From Pseudomonadota bacterium (GTDB lineage: Bacteria; Pseudomonadota; Alphaproteobacteria; Micavibrionales; UBA1664): a DNA stretch of 64,000 nt. Of the stretch, positions 48,332 to 57,385 are shown piece by piece. The stretch lies in assembly GCA_009926935.1 (NCBI GenBank), contig RFNZ01000001.1, positions 192,556 through 256,555 of the forward strand, in the 5' to 3' direction. The notes under the pieces are model-generated. The model was not told the DNA's origin, ran no database searches, and worked only from the letters and a program-made list of their open reading frames with translations. Numbering within the stretch: the first letter of the stretch is position 1; every line of letters begins with the position of its first letter. The position numbers and the translations under genes were made by a program.

Positions 48332-49411
48332 TTGACCATCTATCTGGACCATAACGCGACAACCGCCATCAAGCCGCCTGTTATAGAGGCGGTTGCGGGT
48401 GTTATGCGCGATACCGGTAATGCATCATCTGTCCATGCAGCAGGCCGCAGCGCACGCGCCCATGTTGAAGATGCAAGGCGGCACGTGGCGGCCCTTTGCC
48501 GTGCTGATGCCAAGGGTGTGATTTTTACGAGTGGTGCGACCGAAGCTAACAACACCGTATTGAAACATTTTGCATCGGGCCGCATCCTTACAAGCGGTAT
48601 CGAGCACCCATCTGTTATCGAAGCTGTTGCAGGCACGGAACGTATTCCTGTTTCCCAAAATGGCATCGTCGATTTGAGTGCTCTAAAAAAAATGCTTGAG
48701 GGCGGTGCCTCGCTTGTCAGTGTCATGCTGGTCAATAACGAGACGGGTGTCATACAGCCGGTTGCAGAGATTTCTAAACTTGCAAAAGCCACAGGCGCGC
48801 GCGTGCATTGTGACGCCGTGCAGGCAGCTGGGCGTATACCTATCGACATCACGGCACTTGGTATTGATTACCTGACTTTATCCGCACATAAAATGGGTGG
48901 ACCTCAGGGCGTTGGTGCGCTTGTGACGGTTGCGGGTGCGCCGCCCGTGAAACTTATTCACGGTGGCGGGCAGGAAAGACGACAGCGCGCAGGCACTGAA
49001 AACATCGCCGGTATTCATGGTTTTGGAATAGCTGCCGCCGCGGCTTTGGCCGATATGGAAGCCTATCACAAACTGGCATCTCTGCGAGATGCGATTGAGG
49101 CACGTATTGATGGGATTACCGTTTTTGGCAATAAGTCGCCGCGTGTTGCCAACACCACCTGCTTTGCCCTCGAAGGCGTGCCTGCCGATACGCAGCTTAT
49201 GGCGCTTGATTTAGCGGGGATTTGTGTTTCTAGCGGGTCGGCGTGTTCGTCCGGTTCGGTCAAGCCATCGCATGTGCTGGAAGCGATGGGTATTGCGCCC
49301 GCACTTGCAACAGCAGCCTTGCGCGTTTCACTGGGATGGAATACGACAGCGGCCGATATCGAAACCTTTATTGAAACCTACACGCGCCTCAAAAAAACAT
49401 GGCAAAAATAA
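48332..49411 (+). CDS. cysteine desulfurase (NifS/IscS-like class V aminotransferase)
   Basis: IYLDHNATT, HCDAVQAAG, the PLP lysine SAHKMGGPQGVGAL, and the active-site loop SSGSACSS. The start codon is TTG. Confidence 0.85.
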   Translation: MTIYLDHNATTAIKPPVIEAVAGVMRDTGNASSVHAAGRSARAHVEDARRHVAALCRADAKGVIFTSGATEANNTVLKHFASGRILTSGIEHPSVIEAVAGTERIPVSQNGIVDLSALKKMLEGGASLVSVMLVNNETGVIQPVAEISKLAKATGARVHCDAVQAAGRIPIDITALGIDYLTLSAHKMGGPQGVGALVTVAGAPPVKLIHGGGQERRQRAGTENIAGIHGFGIAAAAALADMEAYHKLASLRDAIEARIDGITVFGNKSPRVANTTCFALEGVPADTQLMALDLAGICVSSGSACSSGSVKPSHVLEAMGIAPALATAALRVSLGWNTTAADIETFIETYTRLKKTWQK

Positions 49412-49734
49412 CCTTCATCCTGCGCGACAACACACCGATGGTTGTCGATGCGCCTATCGGGCTTTCTGTCATGGAGATTGCCCGCAAAGCCGGTATCAAC
49501 GATATTGAGGGCGCGTGCGGCGGATCATTGGCCTGCGCCACCTGCCACGTGGTCGTACACCCAGACTGGTACGCCCGCGTACTGCCCGATGGCGGTAAAT
49601 CGGTTGAAGAAGAAGATATGCTGGATTTGGCCTTTGATCTCACCAAAACATCCCGCCTTTCCTGCCAGATATTGATGCGCGAAGAGCTTAACGGGCTTGT
49701 ACTTGCCTTACCTTCCGCCAAGGCTCCGTTTTAA
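49399..49734 (+). CDS. fdx: [2Fe-2S] ferredoxin, adrenodoxin type
   Basis: CGGSLACATCHV...SRLSCQI is the four-Cys pattern. It overlaps the desulfurase gene by 13 nt. Confidence 0.9.
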   Translation: MAKITFILRDNTPMVVDAPIGLSVMEIARKAGINDIEGACGGSLACATCHVVVHPDWYARVLPDGGKSVEEEDMLDLAFDLTKTSRLSCQILMREELNGLVLALPSAKAPF

Positions 49735-49773
49735 CTTTGCTTTTTCGTAATATGGCATGCTAGAACAGCCGCC

Positions 49774-52068
49774 ATGGCAAAAAACATTTTTGACATGCTC
49801 GCCCCTCCGCCGCATTGGCGCGTATTTGAGCCTCTCCTTCGTGAATTGGGGGATGAGACTTGGCGCATTGATCCCCTTGGTTTTATGGAGGCTATTGGCC
49901 CTGCGTTTCTCCAGCATGCAAGTGCCACGATGCCACGCCGGATTACAAAACCACTCGGCGGTAAACGGAGCCCAAACCAGGTTACGCATTATATTTTAAG
50001 CCATGGTCGCCACCGCGGGGGGCCGTATGCCTATCGCATCATCTCCATCGACCATGCGGGAAGCATTGGCATTGCCGATACAACGCGCCTTCCTGATGAA
50101 AGCGATATTTTTGGACGGCAGGCCGGCGCCCATAGCGGCCTATCGAAACTCAAGGCACGGCAAGCGTCACATGATAAAGACCCGCGCGACACGCTTACAA
50201 AATTCGGTGGCGCCTATGCCGATATGGCAACGGGCCTTACGACCTATGATGCCCTGTTTGACGGCATTTTTGAAAAGCACAGGTTGCTTGAACGTGTTGT
50301 AAGGCGAGTCCAATCATCTTCGACATGGGTGTCAGACCTCAGCTTCATTGAAGACGACGATCTTCCTCTTTTCAAAGGCAGCCATTCAAGCCGTAATGCT
50401 GTCGTTGATGAGATGATGAAAGCAGCGAAAGACCTTATAGGCACGCGTTTTGATGACATGCCAAAACGCGATTTCATCAAAAGAAAACTGTATGAGTGCC
50501 TTGAGAATTTTGATGCCGAAATGGGGCGCGCCGCACATGGTGTGGTTGCAGAAATCAGAAGGCAGCTCGATCGTGAAGCCATGGAGATCATGGCCGTCAA
50601 CCCATCTGGCGTTACCACGCGCAACTACGGGCTTTTAACGCGCAGCAGAAAGGCTGATATACCGCCGCTTTGGCGTGAAGCCGCCCGTGCCTGCCCTATC
50701 ATTTTGCTGATGCAGGACCGCCTGCTGCGCGATCAAGAGCTTCTGCAAATGGCTGAGGGCGGTTTTGACCCAGATAAAGTCGTTTCATATTACTTTGGCG
50801 CGACTGACCCCCAGCGTCTTGAATTTTACAAGAGCCTGACCGAAGAGACAGTCGGGCTTCATAACGCCGAGCGGCTACAGTATCTGGCACGGCACCTTGA
50901 AAAGCTTGACGGGCTTTTGCCAGACCCGAAAAACCCAAAAGACTGGGATACACTTGCAACGCTTGTAGATGCGGCCAACCATATTGCGATGATCCTGGGG
51001 CGTGATAGTGACCGCGTTCTGCGCGACCTCATCAATTCGGATGAGCGAGAGCCTACTGATACTATCTACCGTCATTTCTCCTTGAGAGATCGTGGAGGCC
51101 GATTTTCGAGTATCATGAATTTGGGCGACTGGCGGGATTTTATAATCTCCCGCGTCCTCGTACCCAAAGTGTTGGTCGAGAGCCAGAAGCGCAATCTCAA
51201 CATACCCATCAGGCATATTTTTTATATGGTTGCGGGTGACCCTAAAATGCGCCGCGACCTATCGGACCATATCCGTATCGACCAGAGCCGCGCGATTGAG
51301 GGTTTTCGAAAGGAACACAGTTTTCTTGCTGAATTTTTTGAAGGCATGTCTGCGGACAGGCTTCTTGATTCTGCCCACTCGTTCGGGACTCATAAGCTGG
51401 CCTGGGAGCAACAGATCAAGGACCGCCTGCTTTCAAACCGTCTTTATGAGAGCGCTGCCGAATTTCTTTTCCCGGCCCTTCCCGAGATCAGGGATCTTGA
51501 TGAATTTGATACCGTTACACCCATACGCAGAATGGATGAGCTGTTAAAGGAATGCCGTGATTTGCAGGATTTCTCGCTCATGAATCTTGGGCATCTTGTA
51601 GCCAAAAAAGATGAAGGCGTACACTTTGTAACGGTACGTGGCCGCGACAAGCAGACCCGCGCCATCGCGTGTATCGAGGAGCCAAAAGGGCCATTTGATG
51701 CGTGGAAAATCCGCGACATCGTGACCGACCCCGCGCCTCACAGAAACGCATCCGCAAGAGGCCTTGTCGAGCGGTACATCAGCCATGAGAGATTTTTGGA
51801 ACATGCCGATGTCGAGCAGCTTTCCATTGCGCGCACAAAACTTCAGGACTCGTTGCTATCCCGTGCAAAGGACAGAGAACTTATGGGTTTCAAAGTAGGC
51901 GATGCCGCGGAACGTCACGGCGTTTTGGAAGCCATGAACCCATACATCAAAGTGGCCGGCGGCTGGAGAATTGACCCGGATGGCTGCATCGATGCTCCCA
52001 AGCTCAACGCCATGGTGGCAGCTTTGCTACGGCAGGTGGGCCCGCATTATCCAAAACTGGCCGCCTAA
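49774..52068 (+). CDS. large hypothetical protein (764 aa), no recognised domain
   Basis: An uninterrupted 2.3-kb ORF with normal-looking composition. I found no TM segment, signal peptide, Walker A or nuclease/protease motif. There is no obvious RBS before the ATG. Confidence 0.6.
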   Translation: MAKNIFDMLAPPPHWRVFEPLLRELGDETWRIDPLGFMEAIGPAFLQHASATMPRRITKPLGGKRSPNQVTHYILSHGRHRGGPYAYRIISIDHAGSIGIADTTRLPDESDIFGRQAGAHSGLSKLKARQASHDKDPRDTLTKFGGAYADMATGLTTYDALFDGIFEKHRLLERVVRRVQSSSTWVSDLSFIEDDDLPLFKGSHSSRNAVVDEMMKAAKDLIGTRFDDMPKRDFIKRKLYECLENFDAEMGRAAHGVVAEIRRQLDREAMEIMAVNPSGVTTRNYGLLTRSRKADIPPLWREAARACPIILLMQDRLLRDQELLQMAEGGFDPDKVVSYYFGATDPQRLEFYKSLTEETVGLHNAERLQYLARHLEKLDGLLPDPKNPKDWDTLATLVDAANHIAMILGRDSDRVLRDLINSDEREPTDTIYRHFSLRDRGGRFSSIMNLGDWRDFIISRVLVPKVLVESQKRNLNIPIRHIFYMVAGDPKMRRDLSDHIRIDQSRAIEGFRKEHSFLAEFFEGMSADRLLDSAHSFGTHKLAWEQQIKDRLLSNRLYESAAEFLFPALPEIRDLDEFDTVTPIRRMDELLKECRDLQDFSLMNLGHLVAKKDEGVHFVTVRGRDKQTRAIACIEEPKGPFDAWKIRDIVTDPAPHRNASARGLVERYISHERFLEHADVEQLSIARTKLQDSLLSRAKDRELMGFKVGDAAERHGVLEAMNPYIKVAGGWRIDPDGCIDAPKLNAMVAALLRQVGPHYPKLAA

Positions 52069-52101
52069 AATTTGCCAAATTGACCGAATAACCTTGGCTC
52101 C

Positions 52102-53505
52102 ATGAAATTGTTGCTTGCCGTTTTTCTAGCTATTTTCTGCGTGCTGCCAGCCACGGCGCAGGATGTTTTGCCGGAGAGTGCGGCGCAGGTCAAACTATCG
52201 TACGCGCCTTTGGTCAAGCAAGTGGCACCTGCTGTCGTGAACATTTATACAAAACGCGTCGTATCTGGCCGCAGCATCAACCCTTTCATGAACGACCCTT
52301 TTTTTGCGCCGTTCTTTGAAGATTTTTCACCCATGCGCAAGCGCGTCGAGCAATCGCTTGGCTCAGGTTTTATTATCGACACATCAGGCCTTATTGTAAC
52401 CAATGCGCATGTCATCAAAGATGCGCAGGAGATTGTTGTCGTTTTAAACGACGGCGAGGAATTTGAAGCAAAGAGCGTTCTTGTGGATGGCCCCAGCGAC
52501 CTTGGTCTTTTGCGCATAGACCCCAAGGGCAAAATTTTGCCGACGGTCCGGCTTGGGCAAAGCGAGGCGCTTGAAGTTGGCGATATCGTGATTGCCATCG
52601 GTAACCCTTTTGGCGTTGGCCAGACCGTGACAAGCGGCATTGTTTCGGCACTTGCGCGGTCCAATACGGATATCAATGATTTCGATTTCTTTATCCAGAC
52701 CGATGCCGCGATCAACCCCGGTAATTCGGGCGGACCGCTTGTTGCTTTGGATGGCAGCGTTGTTGGCGTCAACTCGGCGATTTTTTCAAAAACGGGCGGA
52801 AGCCTCGGTATCGGGTTTGCCATACCGGCGGAGATGGTCAATGCGGTACTGGCTGCCGAAAAATCGGGCCAGGTTTCAAAACGGGGCGTGTTGCGGCCGT
52901 GGCTTGGTTTTTCAGCCCAGTCGGTGACTGCGGATATTGCGACCTCGCTCGGTTTCGAGCGCCCCATGGGCGCGCTTGTAGCTGACGTTACCAAAGACGG
53001 GCCTGCCGATACCGCCGGGCTTAAACGCGGCGATGTCATTACTGCGATTGACGGGCGCGCCATTCGTGATGCCGAAGAACTGAAATATCGTATTGCAACT
53101 TTGCCTATGGGCTCCCATGCCTCGCTCAGCTTGCGTCGCGACGGGGCTGATAAAACCATCCTGTTCACGGCAAGCCCCCCGCCTGAAACGCCGACACGCG
53201 CGCCAGTTACCATCAAGGACCATGGACTTTTTTCAGGCGTTACGGTTATTAATGTCTCGCCTGCCGTGATTGAAGAAATGGGCCTTGCCAACCAGAATGA
53301 CGGGATTGTGGTGTATGCCGTGCTTGACGGCAGCCCTGCCCAACGTGTTGGCCTTGAAGCAGGTGACGGCATTATCGCCCTCGGTAACCGGCGTGTGACG
53401 GATACCGCTCAATTTGAGCGCCTTCTGGCCCAATATGACGCAAGGCGCGGGTGGGTTATTACCATCCGGCGCGACGGGCGTGACCAAACCATTATATTAA
53501 GATAA
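52102..53505 (+). CDS. DegP/HtrA (Do family) periplasmic serine endoprotease with two PDZ domains
   Basis: A signal peptide and the catalytic triad blocks TNAHV, DLGLLRI and GNSGGPL, followed by two PDZ-like segments. Confidence 0.9.
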   Translation: MKLLLAVFLAIFCVLPATAQDVLPESAAQVKLSYAPLVKQVAPAVVNIYTKRVVSGRSINPFMNDPFFAPFFEDFSPMRKRVEQSLGSGFIIDTSGLIVTNAHVIKDAQEIVVVLNDGEEFEAKSVLVDGPSDLGLLRIDPKGKILPTVRLGQSEALEVGDIVIAIGNPFGVGQTVTSGIVSALARSNTDINDFDFFIQTDAAINPGNSGGPLVALDGSVVGVNSAIFSKTGGSLGIGFAIPAEMVNAVLAAEKSGQVSKRGVLRPWLGFSAQSVTADIATSLGFERPMGALVADVTKDGPADTAGLKRGDVITAIDGRAIRDAEELKYRIATLPMGSHASLSLRRDGADKTILFTASPPPETPTRAPVTIKDHGLFSGVTVINVSPAVIEEMGLANQNDGIVVYAVLDGSPAQRVGLEAGDGIIALGNRRVTDTAQFERLLAQYDARRGWVITIRRDGRDQTIILR

Positions 53506-53515
53506 AACTGAGCCT

Positions 53516-54820
53516 ATGGCTCAACCCCAATCCCTGTTTGAACCTTTGAAAAGCGATGCACGTCCGCTTGCGGACCGTTTGCGCCCGCAAACTATCGACG
53601 ACATCGTGGGGCAAGACCATTTGCTGGGGACCGAAGGCCCCTTGCGCCGCATGGTCGAAGCGCGTGCCATTACATCGCTTATCCTTTGGGGGCCGCCGGG
53701 GTGCGGGAAAACCACGCTTGCCCGCATTTTGGCGGAGGGCAGCGGATACAGCTTTGTGCAGATGTCCGCCATCTTTGCCGGCGTTGCCGATTTGCGCCGC
53801 GTGTTTGAGGAAGCCAAGATGCGCGCGGAGCAGGGAAAGAAAACCCTGTTGTTCGTCGATGAAATACACCGTTTCAATAAATCACAGCAGGATGCGTTTT
53901 TGCCCCATGTCGAGGACGGAACGATTTTGCTGGTTGGTGCCACGACCGAAAATCCGTCATTCGAACTCAACGCGGCATTGCTATCGCGCTGCGCAGTCTT
54001 CATTTTGAACAGGCTTGATGACGGTGCGCTTGAGCGCATCATCGCGCGCGCCGAAGCCCATACAGACCGCGAGCTGCCGTTGGATGCCCCTGCCCGTGCT
54101 GCCCTCAAGGCCATGGCGGATGGCGACGGGCGCTACATGCTAAATTTGGTCGAGCAAGTGTATACGCAAACGAAAGCAGGCGTGAGCCTGACATCGGATG
54201 CGCTTGTAAAAATCGTGCAGAAGCGCGCGCCACTTTACGATAAAAAAGATGAAGGTCATTACAACCTGATTTCGGCGCTGCATAAATCCGTCCGCGGATC
54301 TGACCCCGATGCCGCTTTGTACTGGTTTTGCCGTATGCTTGATGGTGGCGAAGACCCGCGTTATATAGCACGGCGGCTTGTGCGCATGGCGACGGAAGAC
54401 ATCGGCCTTGCTTCGCCGCAGGCTCTGCCTTTGACCATCGCCGCTTGGGATACTTATGAGCGCCTCGGCAGCCCAGAGGGCGAGTTGGCTTTGGCGGAAG
54501 CGCTTTTGTATCTGGCAACAGCGCCTAAATCGAACGCATCGTATGTTGCCTACAACACCGCAAAAGCTGCTGCTAAAAAAACAGGCTCTCTGATGCCGCC
54601 CAAACATATCTTGAATGCGCCAACAAAACTGATGAAAGAGATTGGTTACGGTGCCGAGTATGTTTACGACCCCGATACGGAAGAAGGTTTTTCGGGGCAA
54701 AACTACTTCCCTGACGGCATGCAACGCGAAACCTATTACACGCCCAAAGGCGACGGATTTGAAAAAGATCTTAAGGCGCGCCTTTCGGAATGGGCTGCGA
54801 TGAGGGCAAAGAAATCATGA
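53516..54820 (+). CDS. rarA: replication-associated recombination protein A (MgsA/RarA AAA+ ATPase)
   Basis: LADRLRPQTIDDIVGQDHLLG, GPPGCGKTTLARI, LFVDEIHRFNKSQQD, GATTENPSFELN, RYIARRLVRMA. Confidence 0.9.
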   Translation: MAQPQSLFEPLKSDARPLADRLRPQTIDDIVGQDHLLGTEGPLRRMVEARAITSLILWGPPGCGKTTLARILAEGSGYSFVQMSAIFAGVADLRRVFEEAKMRAEQGKKTLLFVDEIHRFNKSQQDAFLPHVEDGTILLVGATTENPSFELNAALLSRCAVFILNRLDDGALERIIARAEAHTDRELPLDAPARAALKAMADGDGRYMLNLVEQVYTQTKAGVSLTSDALVKIVQKRAPLYDKKDEGHYNLISALHKSVRGSDPDAALYWFCRMLDGGEDPRYIARRLVRMATEDIGLASPQALPLTIAAWDTYERLGSPEGELALAEALLYLATAPKSNASYVAYNTAKAAAKKTGSLMPPKHILNAPTKLMKEIGYGAEYVYDPDTEEGFSGQNYFPDGMQRETYYTPKGDGFEKDLKARLSEWAAMRAKKS

Positions 54821-55731
54821 CCACAGTGCCGCCCGATGATGACGGGCAGCGGCTTGACCGCTGGCTGAAAAAGAAATTCCCCGATATAGGCTTTGGTGCC
54901 ATGCAAAAGCTGCTCCGCACAGGCCAGGTGCGGGTGGACGGCAAGCGTGCGAAACCTGATACACGGCTTGTTGCAGGTCAGGAACTGCGCCTGCCGCCCA
55001 TGCTCTCGAACGCCGAGGTCGCTGAAAAAACAAGCTCAGCCAAAGACCGCGACTTTATACGTGGACTCGTGATTTATGAGGACGAGGATATGGTTGCCAT
55101 CAACAAACCTTCAGGCCTAGCCGTGCAGGGTGGCAGCGGGATTACGCGCCATATTGACGGCATGCTTGATGCTCTTTCCGGTGCCAACAAAGTACGGCCA
55201 AAGCTTGTCCATCGCATTGATCGCGAGACATCGGGTGTTTTGATTCTGGCCCGATCATCCGAAAGCGCGCGACGCCTGACCGAGGCTTTTGCAGGACGTG
55301 ACATGCATAAAACCTACGTGGCACTGACCGCACCTGCCCCAAAAAACACGAAAGGCCGGATTGATGCACCTATGGCCAAAGGCTTGACGGGCCCTGCCAT
55401 GGAAAAAATGCTGATTGATGACGATGTCGGCAAATCCGCCATTACGGATTATGAGGTTTTGAGCCGGTCCGAAGACGCGCTTGCGGCGTTTGTCGCCTTT
55501 CACCCCTTAACGGGGCGTACCCACCAGATAAGGGTGCATGCCGCATATATCGGATGTCCACTTTGGGGAGACACCAAATACGGAGCCAATGTAGGGAACC
55601 GTTTTTACCTGCACGCAAGCAGCCTTACGCTTAACCACCCCAAAACGGGGCTCCTGATGAGCATTGAGGCCCCGATACCCGCGGATTTTCAGGCTCAGGC
55701 GCTTCGTTTGGGCCTTCCGCCCGTGCTCTAA
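54817..55731 (+). CDS. RluA-family 23S rRNA pseudouridine synthase (RluC/RluD-like)
   Basis: An ATGA overlap with the rarA stop. An S4-like N-terminus (QRLDRWLKKKFP...RTGQVRVDG) and the catalytic block LVHRIDRETSGVLILAR. Confidence 0.85.
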   Translation: MTTVPPDDDGQRLDRWLKKKFPDIGFGAMQKLLRTGQVRVDGKRAKPDTRLVAGQELRLPPMLSNAEVAEKTSSAKDRDFIRGLVIYEDEDMVAINKPSGLAVQGGSGITRHIDGMLDALSGANKVRPKLVHRIDRETSGVLILARSSESARRLTEAFAGRDMHKTYVALTAPAPKNTKGRIDAPMAKGLTGPAMEKMLIDDDVGKSAITDYEVLSRSEDALAAFVAFHPLTGRTHQIRVHAAYIGCPLWGDTKYGANVGNRFYLHASSLTLNHPKTGLLMSIEAPIPADFQAQALRLGLPPVL

Positions 55732-55738
55732 AACCTGC

Positions 55739-55768
55739 ATTCACATTCTGTGAATCCCGCGTTATAAT
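55739..55768 (+). promoter_or_regulatory. candidate promoter (TTCACA-17 nt-TATAAT) overlapped by a perfect 7-3-7 palindrome, ATTCACA-TTC-TGTGAAT
   Basis: -35 at 55740-55745, -10 at 55763-55768, palindrome at 55739-55755. It lies 46 nt upstream of the ATG at 55814. Confidence 0.45.
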
Positions 55769-55813
55769 GCCGTTTCAAAGGTTTAACCCCTTACCTCACG
55801 ACCCACCCTGCCC

Positions 55814-56602
55814 ATGGCCCAGCTCAGCGAAAGCAAACTGACCTTTATAGCGATCATGATGACCATGGTTGCCCTGCTTGTGGGGTACGGCGTTTTTTAC
55901 ATGCGATACGCCTATGCCGAAGACGGGCATAACCTTCTGGCTGTCGGATATCTGGTTGCCTGCATTTTTCTTTTTTTTGCTGTCAGGCTTTCGAACATCT
56001 TTCTGCTTATATTGGCCGTGGGTTTGGTTGGCGGCATACAGGTTTACGCGACCAAGAAATTCGACTGGCGGCAGAACTATATCCAACTAGCTGAGATGGG
56101 TCAGCCGTTTTTCCTTGAAGAGTTCATTGAAAGATACCCTACGTTTGAAGAATATACTTTCAAGTTTCTGAAGGCGCCTGATTGGGTTAGGTTTAATGAT
56201 GACTGCGTTCAACCCGCGCTTTTGAACCAGGTTGTGCCTCCGCGCTGCAGTACCTTTGACCTTATCTCGCGGTACTACAATATCGAGATACAGCCGCTTA
56301 TGTCCGCCCATTACGGCAAGATGCGCCGCACAGCCAAGATGATAGAAGAAGGCAAGATGAAAAAGCGTAGCGAATATGCGCAATGCATTGCCAATAAAAG
56401 CTGCGCGACCATACCACTTTTACCCAAAGGGGTTGATGCCGAGAAACTCGATGCATCGTCGCGCGACTATATAGGCGTACGCCAAGCTTTCTGGTCTCTT
56501 ATCAATGACAAGAAAATGTCGCAGGAAGTATGCGCGCTCACTCCGCTCTGCCGCGCTCTTGTAAACATGAAAACGGTTGACCCGGGCAAGCTGCCGTTTT
56601 AA
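55814..56602 (+). CDS. hypothetical membrane protein with a Cys-containing soluble domain (262 aa)
   Basis: Three N-terminal hydrophobic segments, then a soluble domain of about 170 aa with six Cys. No recognised family. Confidence 0.5.
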   Translation: MAQLSESKLTFIAIMMTMVALLVGYGVFYMRYAYAEDGHNLLAVGYLVACIFLFFAVRLSNIFLLILAVGLVGGIQVYATKKFDWRQNYIQLAEMGQPFFLEEFIERYPTFEEYTFKFLKAPDWVRFNDDCVQPALLNQVVPPRCSTFDLISRYYNIEIQPLMSAHYGKMRRTAKMIEEGKMKKRSEYAQCIANKSCATIPLLPKGVDAEKLDASSRDYIGVRQAFWSLINDKKMSQEVCALTPLCRALVNMKTVDPGKLPF

Positions 56603-56611
56603 CCCCATCCC

Positions 56612-57328
56612 ATGAAAAAATTCTATACAGACGTTTCGACCGGTCCTGCCGTTGGGGGCGGGCATGTCGTGCTACTTGACGGCCGCCCGATTCGCACGCC
56701 GGAAAAGGCCCTTATGGCTGCCCCCAACCAGCTACTTGCTACAACGATTGCCAAGGAGTGGCAGGATCAGACAGATACAGTCGTAACCAGCACCATGCCG
56801 CTTACGCAGATGCTGACAACGACCATCGACCGCGCATCGCAGCGTGAGGCCATGGCTACGGCCGTGATGGCCTACCTGAACAGCGATCTTATCTGCTACC
56901 CGGCCGACGAGCCGGAAGGGCTAAGGCAGGAGCAGGAAAAGCTCTGGGCCCCGTGGCTACAATGGTTTGAAAAACGTTTTGGAGTGTCTCTTTTAACGAC
57001 CTACTCGCTTTCGCGTCTGGACCAGCCAGATGCGGCCCATGCCCTTTTATCTACGTATATCAAAGAGCTTGATGCGCATTCGTTTACGGTCTTACAGATC
57101 GCTGTCGGTGTTTCGGGATCTGTCGTTCTAGGCGTTGCATTTTTAGAAGGCGCGATCAGCGCACCCGAGGTCTGGCGCTGTGCCTTGTGCGAAGAATTAT
57201 ACTATGAGCGCGTCCATGATCTTGAAAAGCACGGGCTTGACCCGATTGAGCAAAAGCGGCGCGACTCCATGCTACGAGACCTTGAAACGGCCCGTTATTA
57301 TCTGCGGTTGATCAACACCGCCAGCTAA
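56612..57328 (+). CDS. ATP12 family F1-ATPase assembly chaperone
   Basis: KKFYTDVS...VLLDGRPIRTPEKALMAAPNQLLATTIAKEWQDQ...MPLTQM is the typical ATP12 N-terminal signature. Confidence 0.75.
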   Translation: MKKFYTDVSTGPAVGGGHVVLLDGRPIRTPEKALMAAPNQLLATTIAKEWQDQTDTVVTSTMPLTQMLTTTIDRASQREAMATAVMAYLNSDLICYPADEPEGLRQEQEKLWAPWLQWFEKRFGVSLLTTYSLSRLDQPDAAHALLSTYIKELDAHSFTVLQIAVGVSGSVVLGVAFLEGAISAPEVWRCALCEELYYERVHDLEKHGLDPIEQKRRDSMLRDLETARYYLRLINTAS

Positions 57329-57385
57329 CGCTTTTTTGTTTTTCATAACTTGACTTCTTGTTATGGTTTGACTATTCATCTGTCT

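Noticed and set aside
52245-53372. 375-aa minus-strand ORF, the longest unannotated ORF in the window
   Set aside because: It is exactly antisense to the degP/htrA-like gene, which has the catalytic triad and PDZ motifs. Its translation is Ser/Pro/Ala/Arg-rich.
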